Assembly (NCBI GenBank): GCA_044376115.1
Contig: JBILLK010000023.1
Span: forward strand, 64,001-128,000
DNA length: 64,000 bases
Source of the DNA: Polyangiaceae bacterium
Lineage (GTDB): Bacteria > Myxococcota_A > Polyangia > Polyangiales > Polyangiaceae
Reading direction: 5' to 3'
In this document: positions 1-8,395 of the stretch, piece after piece
Layout: each line of letters opens with the position of its first letter
How positions within the stretch are numbered: the stretch's first letter is position 1
Made by a program: the position numbers and the translations under genes
The notes under the pieces: model-generated
The model's input: the letters and a program-made list of their open reading frames with translations, nothing else
Told to the model about the DNA's origin: nothing
Database searches by the model: none

Positions 1-199
1 CACGGCCGGCTGAGGTTGCTCCTCGCCGGCCGAGCGTCGTGAGAGCTTGATGTGCCGTTGCGTCTGGTCAGGCGCACGCAGGCCTCGTCAGCGAGCGCAA
101 AAGAAATCTTTCTGTCCGAGGCCCTTGCGTGGGCCTGAACAATCGTCTCTCATCCGCCCTTCCCCATTCTTGCAACAAAAAAGGAGCTCCTGAACCCGC

Positions 200-922
200 A
201 TGGCCATGCGCAGATTCGATCCTCGTCAACAGCAACGCGGCCCTCAAATCCGTATCAACCAACGTATCCGCGTCCCCGAGATTCGCGTCATCGGTGAGGA
301 CGGAGAGATGTTGGGCATCCTCCCCACACACGAAGCCCTCCGGCGCGCACAAGAGCGCGGGCTTGACTTGGTGGAGGTGAACCCGAAGGCCGATCCGCCT
401 GTCTGCAAGATCCTCGACTACGGCAAGTTCAAGTACGACGAGAAGAAGAAGGCGCGCGAAACCCGAATCAAGACGGCTGCGTTCGAGATCAAGGAGATCA
501 AGCTTCGGCCCAAGACCGATGATCACGACTTGGACTTCAAGACCCGCGCCGCGCAAGCCTTCCTCGAGGCTGGGCACAAGGTGAAGTTCACCGTGCGATT
601 CCGTGGCCGTGAGATCACGCACCCCCAGGTCGCCCAGCAGCAGCTCGACCATATCGTGCAGAAGCTGGAAGAAATCGCGGTGATCGAGGTTAGGCCGGCG
701 ATGGAGCAGCGCACCATGACGCTGCTGGTCGCGCCCAAGGCCGTGGTGATGCAGAAGGTTCAAACGGCGCGCGCTCAAGCAGCCAAAGCCCTTCGTAAAG
801 ACCGTCCGGAAGATCGCGAGCTGGCACGCCAAGACGCTGACGTCGCCAAATTCGAGCAGCAACTTGCAGACGCGGAGGACGAGGACGACGACGACGACGA
901 CGAGGACGAGGCCAAGGAGTGA
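200..922 (+). CDS. infC: Translation initiation factor IF-3 with an acidic C-terminal extension
   Basis: IF3 motifs RINQRIRVPEIRVI, GLDLVEV, PPVCKILDYGKFKY, KEIKLRPKTDDHD, KVKFTVRFRGRE; AAGGAG at 181-186. Confidence 0.97.
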   Translation: MAMRRFDPRQQQRGPQIRINQRIRVPEIRVIGEDGEMLGILPTHEALRRAQERGLDLVEVNPKADPPVCKILDYGKFKYDEKKKARETRIKTAAFEIKEIKLRPKTDDHDLDFKTRAAQAFLEAGHKVKFTVRFRGREITHPQVAQQQLDHIVQKLEEIAVIEVRPAMEQRTMTLLVAPKAVVMQKVQTARAQAAKALRKDRPEDRELARQDADVAKFEQQLADAEDEDDDDDDEDEAKE

Positions 923-1437
923 GAGCTCGGCTTCTGCTGGCGTTGGTGCTCGGGAGCTCGCTCGGAGCTCCCGGGTGCGCCACCGAGACGGAGGTGCTTT
1001 TCGGCGAACCGGATGAGATCTTGGGAGCGGACGCCGCCACCATTTCGTCAGGAGGCTCGTGTACGCCTGACCTCTCCTGCAGCGTGAGCTTCCGGGACGA
1101 CATCTTCCCGGTACTCGTCGAGACCGCGCGCTGCAGCTCGGCTGGGTGTCACGCCACTGCCATTGCCCAGTTCGAGTTTCCCGAGAACGCAGGCGACGCC
1201 CGTGAGGCGCTGCTCGCGTACGTCTTCCAGGGCAGCGAAGCGTACGTGCTTCCCTGCCAGCCCGAGGCCTCCAAGTTTTTGTGCAATCTCAACCTCGGTG
1301 AAGCTGCACAGCCGGGGTCTTCGTGCGGGTCTCCGATGCCGAAACTGATTGATGATGCCGTGAGCGACACGGCGCTTAGCCAGGCTGACTACGACGCCAT
1401 CGAGCAGTGGATCACCTGTGGGGCTCCAGACAATTGA
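919..1437 (+). CDS. Lipoprotein with an atypical CX4CH heme motif, planctomycete cytochrome c-like
   Basis: Lipobox-like APG-C; SFRDDIFPVL..CSSAGCH, later MP and IEQWITCGA; GTG start overlaps the infC stop. Confidence 0.65.
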   Translation: MRARLLLALVLGSSLGAPGCATETEVLFGEPDEILGADAATISSGGSCTPDLSCSVSFRDDIFPVLVETARCSSAGCHATAIAQFEFPENAGDAREALLAYVFQGSEAYVLPCQPEASKFLCNLNLGEAAQPGSSCGSPMPKLIDDAVSDTALSQADYDAIEQWITCGAPDN

Positions 1438-1439
1438 TC

Positions 1440-3593
1440 ATGCAAAGGCGCCTTCCGCTCCTCACGCTGCTGCTGAGCTCGCTGCTTGGGCTTTCCAGTA
1501 GCGCGTTGGCTCAAAACAAGCCCGGCGAACCGGCGAACGAGCCGAAGAGCGATGCCAAAGCAGGGACGACGGAGGATGCGGAAGCTGCAGCGCTGCAAGC
1601 GGTTGCCGAGGCTTTGGATCTGATGAACTCCGGCAAGGCGGATGAAGCGCTCACCAAGTTGACCGCGCGCTTTGAGCAGTGCGGCGCTTGTGAGTCCTCC
1701 ACGCGGGGTCTCGTGCTGTCGACGCTGGGCATCGTCTACGGCAACGGCAAGGCGGATCTGGCGCGAGCGGAGGCGATCTTTGTCGTAGCCCTTCGTGAGG
1801 ACCCGTCCCTCGAGCTTGACCGCGAGTTTGCAAACAAGGACGTCGGTAAGGCGTTCGCCGAGGCTCAGCGTGAGGTCAAGAAGACGCCCAACGGTCCCGG
1901 CAAGGGCTCTACGCGCCTGCCGCCGACACGAGCTCAGCGCGAGTCGGCCCGCGAGGGTGCAGCGCAACTCGCAGCGGGTAACTGGAGCGACTGTATGGGA
2001 ACGCTGATCGGAGCGATGAGCGATTCCGAGTTTGCGGAGGGTAAACTTTCGTTAGCGCGTTGCGAGGAGGCTGGGAGCTTGCTGCTCGAAGCGATTCGAG
2101 ACGCCACTCGAGCTGCTGAGATGGCCCGCCAAGAAGGCAATCCTTCGGTTGAAGCGCAGGCCAAGGAGTTCCTGGAGAAACTCGCGGATGAAACGCCACG
2201 GATCGTGGTGGTGGTGCCGGCGTCGATCGACGGCGCCGAAATCAAGGTCGATGGCGAGAAGTTCTCGCGCGATGAAGCGACCAAAGGCATTCCACGCAAC
2301 CCGGGAAAGGCCACTGTGGAGGTCGTCGGCAAAAAGGCTGGCTACCCCTTCACCTTCAAGACGCAGGAAACGGTCGAGCGAGGGGAGAAAATCACCGTCG
2401 ACGTTTCACAGGCTTCGGGTAGTCAGAACAGCGCGGTGCAACAGTGCCTTGCCAACGCGAAGACCGCCGATGAAGTCGCGCTGTGTTTGGAGACTGGCGG
2501 CAAGGGTCGAGGGCTCACGTTCCGCGGCGCGCTCGAGGTCTCGAGCTACAACGACACGCTGCACGTGGATGCCCTGTCGCCTGGCGTTAAGCTCGGCTTT
2601 GAGAACCCCGCACAGGGCTGGCTGATCGGTGGCAGCGCGATGGTGGACGTCGTCAGCGCTGCGTCGCCCGATATCGTTGCTACTGCGTCACGGCGCTTCG
2701 ATCAGGCGCGCTTCGCCGGAACACTGGGCGGCGACGTCAAGATCGACGTCGTGCGGGTGGGAGCGAAGACAGCCGTTTCTTACGAGAACGACTACACGGG
2801 CCGCTCCTTTGGGGTGGTGCTCGCGGCAGACGTCTTCGACAAGCGGGTGACCCCTTCGATTGCCTACACGCTGGGCTACGACACGCTGGGTATCGCGGGT
2901 GACAGCACCTTCGAGAGCGACATATTCGTACACACGGTCGACGTCGGAGCCAGTGCGGTGCTCTCGACCACGACGGTGATGGTGGGTGCTGGTACTTTTG
3001 CAGCCGAGTCCGGCGACCAGTCCAAGCCCTACCGCCACGTGCCGTTCTTTACTTCGGACGTCGCACCGGACGTACCGCGAGGCGCAACGCCGGCGGCCGT
3101 GGCCGCAGCAAGACTGCCAGTGGCCGCCAAGGACCGGCTCCCCGACTCGCGCCTGCGTGGGGCGGTGGCAGCGGGTATTCGGCAACGCTTCGACGAGTCG
3201 ACGTTGCGGGTCGATGAACGCTTCTACTTGGACGATTGGGGGTTGCTGGCGAGCACGACCGAAGCGCGCTACCTACACGATCTCACCGACTCGACGCGGC
3301 TCGGCCCTCATGCTCGCTTCCACATCCAGTCGGGCGTGGACTTTTGGCAGCGGGCCTACGTCGCGAGCGCAGCCGGTTTCCCGCTGACCTTGCCCGAGTA
3401 CCGAACAGGCGATCGCGAGATGGGTCCAATGTTCAACCTGGCCTTGGGCGGAAGCTTTCGACAGAAAGTGAGCGATAGCTTCGCTCTCGGTCTGAACATT
3501 GACGGCCTCTACTCACAGTTTCTTGATCACATCTATGTGTTCGACCGCTGGGGGCTGTTCACAGCTTCAACCTTGGAGCTCGTGCTCGAATGA
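1440..3593 (+). CDS. Secreted TPR/PEGA protein fused to a DUF3570-like outer-membrane beta-barrel
   Basis: Signal peptide; TPR-like helices; PEGA-like PRIVVVVP..AEIKVDG; VDVVSAAS, SYENDY and RFYLDDWG motifs; amphipathic strands to the C-terminus. Confidence 0.7.
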   Translation: MQRRLPLLTLLLSSLLGLSSSALAQNKPGEPANEPKSDAKAGTTEDAEAAALQAVAEALDLMNSGKADEALTKLTARFEQCGACESSTRGLVLSTLGIVYGNGKADLARAEAIFVVALREDPSLELDREFANKDVGKAFAEAQREVKKTPNGPGKGSTRLPPTRAQRESAREGAAQLAAGNWSDCMGTLIGAMSDSEFAEGKLSLARCEEAGSLLLEAIRDATRAAEMARQEGNPSVEAQAKEFLEKLADETPRIVVVVPASIDGAEIKVDGEKFSRDEATKGIPRNPGKATVEVVGKKAGYPFTFKTQETVERGEKITVDVSQASGSQNSAVQQCLANAKTADEVALCLETGGKGRGLTFRGALEVSSYNDTLHVDALSPGVKLGFENPAQGWLIGGSAMVDVVSAASPDIVATASRRFDQARFAGTLGGDVKIDVVRVGAKTAVSYENDYTGRSFGVVLAADVFDKRVTPSIAYTLGYDTLGIAGDSTFESDIFVHTVDVGASAVLSTTTVMVGAGTFAAESGDQSKPYRHVPFFTSDVAPDVPRGATPAAVAAARLPVAAKDRLPDSRLRGAVAAGIRQRFDESTLRVDERFYLDDWGLLASTTEARYLHDLTDSTRLGPHARFHIQSGVDFWQRAYVASAAGFPLTLPEYRTGDREMGPMFNLALGGSFRQKVSDSFALGLNIDGLYSQFLDHIYVFDRWGLFTASTLELVLE

Positions 3594-4327
3594 ACCGTTT
3601 ACTCGCTGCTGGTCTGCTTACGCTCGGCGGTGCGGCGTTCAGCTGCCGCTATGATCCGGTGCCGCAAGACAACATTGCAGAGCTGGGCGAGGAGCAGGGC
3701 GAACCAAGCGCAACCCATCGCCCTGGTCAGCCTTGTGTGCTCTGCCACTCGACCTACGAGGGCGCCAAACCACTGATGGCGATCGGTGGAACCATCTACT
3801 ACCAAAATTCGGGCGGCCAGATCTTGCCGGCGGAGAACGTGCTGGTGCGCATCACCGATTCACAGAACACCGAACGAAAAGCGTGCACCAACGAGGTCGG
3901 CAATTTCTGGGTGGAGCGGGACAACTGGCAGGACATCACCTACCCACTCGAGGTGCGAGCGGGTGGCCGTCGCATGCAATCAATTGTCGGACGTGAGGGG
4001 TCCTGCGCGGCGTGTCACACCCTTCCGAACGACAACAGCTTGGATGCGGTCACCGGTGCGGCTCGTGATTCGGCGGGCGTAGTAGTGGTCTCGGAGAGCG
4101 ATTTGCTCGGGCCCTGTGCTGGAGAACCTGCTGGCGGCGCTGGCGGCGCTGGGGGAAGCGGGGCCGGTGGCGCTGGTGGCAACGGCGGGGCCGGTGGTGG
4201 CGGCGGCGCTGGTGGAACTGGGGCCGGCGGGGCCGGTGGCGCTGGTGGGACGGGCGGCATGGCCGGGGCTGGTGGAATGGGCGGAGTAGGCGGCATGGCG
4301 GGTGCGGCTGGGGCAGGTGGCGTGTGA
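3590..4327 (+). CDS. Diheme c-type cytochrome lipoprotein with a Gly/Ala-rich tail
   Basis: Lipobox AFS-C; HRPGQPCVLCH and CAACH; ATGA overlap with the upstream gene. Confidence 0.75.
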   Translation: MNRLLAAGLLTLGGAAFSCRYDPVPQDNIAELGEEQGEPSATHRPGQPCVLCHSTYEGAKPLMAIGGTIYYQNSGGQILPAENVLVRITDSQNTERKACTNEVGNFWVERDNWQDITYPLEVRAGGRRMQSIVGREGSCAACHTLPNDNSLDAVTGAARDSAGVVVVSESDLLGPCAGEPAGGAGGAGGSGAGGAGGNGGAGGGGGAGGTGAGGAGGAGGTGGMAGAGGMGGVGGMAGAAGAGGV

Positions 4328-4842
4328 GACGAGGTCGAAGCCTGCTGTTTCTCGCGGCCTTAGGGGCAGCCGCCTGTCGAGACGACCTTGCAGCGCAAAA
4401 ACCTCTGCTTTGTCCAGCTCCCGAGCTGTTCACCGAGGCGGTGCAGCCGTACCTCGAGAAGCGATGCGGAACGCTGGATTGCCACGGCAGTTCGCAGCGG
4501 CCGCTGTCAGTTTACGGCCAGTTTGGGCTGCGGCATCCGCTGGAGGCCAACGTCTCTGGAGGCGAGCCCACCACAGACGTTGAGAGCAACGCCAACTACC
4601 TATCCGCGTGCAGTCTCGAGCCTGAACTTATGGCTGGCGCCCTCGAGGACCTCGGAGCTTCAGCGGACAAACTCAAACTCGTGGCCAAGCCCCGCGGGCA
4701 GATGAACCACAAGGGTGGCCGTGTTGTGAATGAAGGAGACGCTGGAGATCGCTGCATCATGGGGTGGGTAGGCTCCATCTCGAACGAAGATGCAGCGCGC
4801 GTTCGTGCCGAGTGCAAGACCGCGCTGGAAAGCCTAAAGTAG
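4324..4842 (+). CDS. Lipoprotein with an atypical CX4CH heme motif
   Basis: Lipobox AAA-C; VQPYLEKRCGTLDCHG and distal HKGG; GTGA overlap. Confidence 0.65.
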   Translation: MRRGRSLLFLAALGAAACRDDLAAQKPLLCPAPELFTEAVQPYLEKRCGTLDCHGSSQRPLSVYGQFGLRHPLEANVSGGEPTTDVESNANYLSACSLEPELMAGALEDLGASADKLKLVAKPRGQMNHKGGRVVNEGDAGDRCIMGWVGSISNEDAARVRAECKTALESLK

Positions 4843-4876
4843 CGGTAACGTTCGTGACCAAGCTTCAAGTGCTTCG

Positions 4877-7138
4877 ATGAGACAGGAACCGCGTCCGGGA
4901 GACATTGTCGCGGGGAAATACCGCGTTCGAGCCATTCTCGGCAGAGGCCGAGGAACGCTCGTTGAAGCGGAAAATGTTTCGTTCGAGCAGCGCGTCGCAA
5001 TTCGCATCGTATCGCCGCAACTGGGCGACAACGTCGAGATAGGAAAATTTCGCAGGGAAGCGCGCGCGCTCGCCAAGTTGGGCTCGGAGCACGTGGCCCG
5101 GATCATCGACGTTGGGAACTTGCAGGACGGATCCTTCTACCTCGTGCGCCAATACCTCGAGGGCCTCGACGTGGCGCGCTACCTCAAGGGCCGACGAACG
5201 CTAGGCGTTGAAGAGTCGATTGGTTGGATCTTGCAAGCGACCGAAGCAGTCGCCGAGACCCACGCCTACGGGATCCTGCTTCGTGAACTGTCGCCGTCCC
5301 ATCTTTTCTTGGCGGACCGGAGTCCCGGCGTTCGCAGTGGGCCGCGGGTGCTCAAGGTGATCGACTTCGGCACGAGCAAACTCCTGCGTGAGAACTCGGA
5401 TGCGGCGGTGGAGGAGTTCACCTCGACGACGCTCACCGGAATATCGCCCTACTCCTCGCCTGAGATGCTGCGCCGGCAAAAGGACCTCGACGTTCGCACC
5501 GACGTTTGGTCGCTCGGCGCCATCCTCTACGAGATGCTCTCAGGGCGACCTCCTTTTGGTAGCGACACGCTATCGCTTGCCATCGCGATCACGCGGGACA
5601 ACCCGACGCCGCTCGGTCAGCTTCGACGAGACGTCCCTCCCGAGGTTGAGGAAGCCGTCATGCGCTCCCTCTCGAAAGACCGGAATCAGCGAACAGCGGA
5701 CACGCACGCGTTTGCAGCGTCGCTCGCGCGGTTTGCTCCACCAGAGGGCCGGGCGTTGATGGAGCGCATTCGCGGTCTCGCCGCCTCGGCGCGCAACCGA
5801 GCCAACGGAAGCTCGAGCGAAGAAGAGGAGCTCGAGGTTAGCGAGGTCGAGGAGCTGAGCGACGACGGAGAAGAAGCGGCGACGCGCGTAGGGCGCGTCG
5901 CTGACATCATGAAGAGCGGTGCTTTGCCGACGCCCGGCGGGCCTCGTGCTGCGCAGGCTCAGACTGCGCAGGCTCAGACTGCGCAGGCGCAGAGGGTGCA
6001 GGCTCACACGGCCCCAACCCCCGGCCGCATGGCGCCACCGCCTGGTTACGGGCGCGGCCCTGTGGACGAGCCAACGGCACCTCGCAACCCGTCGAGGACG
6101 GTACCCACGCCTGCCCCGCCAGCCGCCCCAGCGCCCCGGGCGATCACCCAAGAAAAAACCGAAGCGCTTGGGGTCAACTTTAACTTCTCACCCAACTTGG
6201 GAGCTGGCTCGCCTTCAGCCCCGCCGCCTGGTCCGGTGTTCGCCGGTGCGGCGGGTGGGTCCAATCCCAACGCGCCCAAACCAACACAGGTGCTGCCGGC
6301 GCTGCTCGATAACCCGCGCGCGTCGCTGCCGGCGATGCCTGGCCTACCTGCGCTCCCAGCTCCGCCGAGGCCCTCGTTGCACCCGGATGCGAGTTCGACC
6401 CCGGGAATGATCGCGCCCGCGATGCCGATGAGTGCAGCAGAGTCGCAGTGGGGAGCGCGACCCGCTCCGTCGAATCCCGGGACGTTTGGTGCGCAGCCAG
6501 TTCAACCGCTCCCCGCGCCCCAACCCAAGAACGCGTTTGGGCGGAAACTCGCACTCATGGTCGTGCTCGGCGCCGGCTTCGCGCTGGCCCTGATGATCGT
6601 GGTGCTGGTGGTGTTGCCGTCGGGCGGCGGAGCCTCGGCGACAGCGTCCGCATCCCCATCAACGACAGCGAGCACCGCGGGCCCCGCGCGAACGCCAACC
6701 GCTGCTGTCACCAGCGATCCCGTACCAACGGCGACGCCCACAGCGACGAGCGAGGTGGTTGCATCGGCAACGCCGTCCGCTGAGCCGACAACGGAGCCAA
6801 CCGCGACCCCCACGGCGACGGCCAAGCCTCGCAACACAGCGACCGTCGCAACCACGTCGCAGCCTGTAGCGACCAGCAAGCCGACTGCGACTCCGACCGC
6901 GACTGCAACGGTGGAGCCCGCGAAACCAGGCGAGCAGGGCACGTTGGTGCTGGTTGCAGTCGGAGGGACCTGCGCCTTCTCGGTGAACGGGGCCTCCAAG
7001 GGGACCACCAACTCGGTCAAGCTTTCGGTGGCGCCGGGCAACTATGCGGTCACCTGCAAACCTGCAAGCGGGGCGTCTCGATCGCGGTCCGCGTCAGTGA
7101 AGGCCGGCAAAACGGCGATGATCACCTTCAAGTTGTAG
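4877..7138 (+). CDS. Membrane Ser/Thr kinase-fold protein, probable pseudokinase, with a PEGA-like C-terminus
   Basis: DFG, SPE and DVWSLGAILYEML retained; VAIR replaces VAIK; LRELSPSH replaces HRDLKPxN; one TM helix; Pro/Thr-rich linker. Confidence 0.85.
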   Translation: MRQEPRPGDIVAGKYRVRAILGRGRGTLVEAENVSFEQRVAIRIVSPQLGDNVEIGKFRREARALAKLGSEHVARIIDVGNLQDGSFYLVRQYLEGLDVARYLKGRRTLGVEESIGWILQATEAVAETHAYGILLRELSPSHLFLADRSPGVRSGPRVLKVIDFGTSKLLRENSDAAVEEFTSTTLTGISPYSSPEMLRRQKDLDVRTDVWSLGAILYEMLSGRPPFGSDTLSLAIAITRDNPTPLGQLRRDVPPEVEEAVMRSLSKDRNQRTADTHAFAASLARFAPPEGRALMERIRGLAASARNRANGSSSEEEELEVSEVEELSDDGEEAATRVGRVADIMKSGALPTPGGPRAAQAQTAQAQTAQAQRVQAHTAPTPGRMAPPPGYGRGPVDEPTAPRNPSRTVPTPAPPAAPAPRAITQEKTEALGVNFNFSPNLGAGSPSAPPPGPVFAGAAGGSNPNAPKPTQVLPALLDNPRASLPAMPGLPALPAPPRPSLHPDASSTPGMIAPAMPMSAAESQWGARPAPSNPGTFGAQPVQPLPAPQPKNAFGRKLALMVVLGAGFALALMIVVLVVLPSGGGASATASASPSTTASTAGPARTPTAAVTSDPVPTATPTATSEVVASATPSAEPTTEPTATPTATAKPRNTATVATTSQPVATSKPTATPTATATVEPAKPGEQGTLVLVAVGGTCAFSVNGASKGTTNSVKLSVAPGNYAVTCKPASGASRSRSASVKAGKTAMITFKL
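5951..6010 (+). repeat. 15-bp in-frame tandem repeat, 4 copies
   Basis: GCGCAGGCTCAGACT twice plus two degenerate copies, encoding AQAQT AQAQT AQAQR VQAHT. Confidence 0.85.
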
Positions 7139-7186
7139 CGCGAACACGTTGCAGCGCGTGAATCGCGGTCGCGGCATCGGCGCGCA

Positions 7187-8395
7187 TCACTCCTTGCTCC
7201 AACGCTCATGGTTCTTGGTCCGTTCGCGCTCAGCGATCGCAACGCGTCCCCAGTCCCAGCTGACCAGCTTGCGGAAAGCACCGACGTCGTCACCGCCGTA
7301 GATGTGGACGCCGCGCGCTTCGGCGGATTCGGAGAGCGTTGGCTGCCAGCGACCAGAGGACACGAAGCGCAGCAGCGTCAGCACCCCGGCTTCAATACGG
7401 CCGATGAAGATGCCACAACGCTTGGCGCGTGGGTCGGGCGCACAACCTCCGGCGAGCCAGAGCTCCTCGTTCCCGAGCGGATGCCATAGCCAAATCCGTT
7501 CGACGACGAACAGCTTGGGGACCGGTCCCTCGTTCGTTGCGTTGGGATCGGAGGTCGTACCCTCGCCAGCAGCCTCGAGCCGGTGAATCGCCTGCTCGAA
7601 GAGGAGCCGATGCGCCGCATCGTCGGGACGGTAGCGAAGCGGAGCGCCTCGCTCGACCACCAGTTTCACCTCGGCCGAGTTACGGGGTCCGAGGCAGCAC
7701 CGAAAACCCACGTGATTCGCCTTCTCTTGCGGCTTGCGACTCGCGACGTGGGCGCAGCGACCAACCAGCTCGCCGTGACTGCCATTGCCCCCCTTGAGGG
7801 TAACGAGTCCCTCTGTCCCTCGACCGTAGTCGGAGCTGGTCCACGACCACACTGAGCCGTGCACATCCGCCACGCCAAAAGCGCTGGTACACAAGCCGTG
7901 AAAGCCGTTCGGGGTCAGCGAGTCGCCGGCTTTGCCCGTCTCACAGCGCTCAGCTTGGTACTCGTTGCCGTAGGGATAGATCCAGTTGTCGGGCCCTTTG
8001 CAGGCCCGCTCGAGTTCGAGTTCGGTGCACAGGCGCTTGCCCGACTCACCACACAATCGCTCCGCTTCATCCCGACTCACGCTCGTGGTTGGAAGTGCGC
8101 CAGCCTCATTCGGGTGGAGGTAAAGATCGACGTGAAAGCCGGTGAGCTCGAATGCGTCGCCTGGGAGTTCGGCATCGGCCACCCGAGGGACTTGAGTCCA
8201 GAGTGCGCCGGAGATCAGCTTGCCGGGCGGGATCCAGACCATGCCGACATGCCGCGGCGCTTCATCGCCCATGGCCCAGCCCGAGGCCGAAGTTGAGCTG
8301 TTGGAAGAGGAATCCCGGTGACAAGCCACGAGCAGCGCAACGACCGCAACCGCGACCGAGTGGCTGTCCGGCCGACCGTTGGGCCGCCTCGTCAA
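7187..8395 (-). CDS. FGE-sulfatase/SUMF1-domain lipoprotein
   Basis: MVWIPPG, GKRLCTELELERAC, YPYGN, SAFGVADVHGSVWSWT, GFRCC; lipobox LVA-C. Confidence 0.8.
   Translation of the reverse strand: MTRRPNGRPDSHSVAVAVVALLVACHRDSSSNSSTSASGWAMGDEAPRHVGMVWIPPGKLISGALWTQVPRVADAELPGDAFELTGFHVDLYLHPNEAGALPTTSVSRDEAERLCGESGKRLCTELELERACKGPDNWIYPYGNEYQAERCETGKAGDSLTPNGFHGLCTSAFGVADVHGSVWSWTSSDYGRGTEGLVTLKGGNGSHGELVGRCAHVASRKPQEKANHVGFRCCLGPRNSAEVKLVVERGAPLRYRPDDAAHRLLFEQAIHRLEAAGEGTTSDPNATNEGPVPKLFVVERIWLWHPLGNEELWLAGGCAPDPRAKRCGIFIGRIEAGVLTLLRFVSSGRWQPTLSESAEARGVHIYGGDDVGAFRKLVSWDWGRVAIAERERTKNHERWSKE

Noticed and set aside
7187..8395. FGE-sulfatase domain as a diversity-generating retroelement target
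   Set aside because: No reverse transcriptase or template repeat seen in the window
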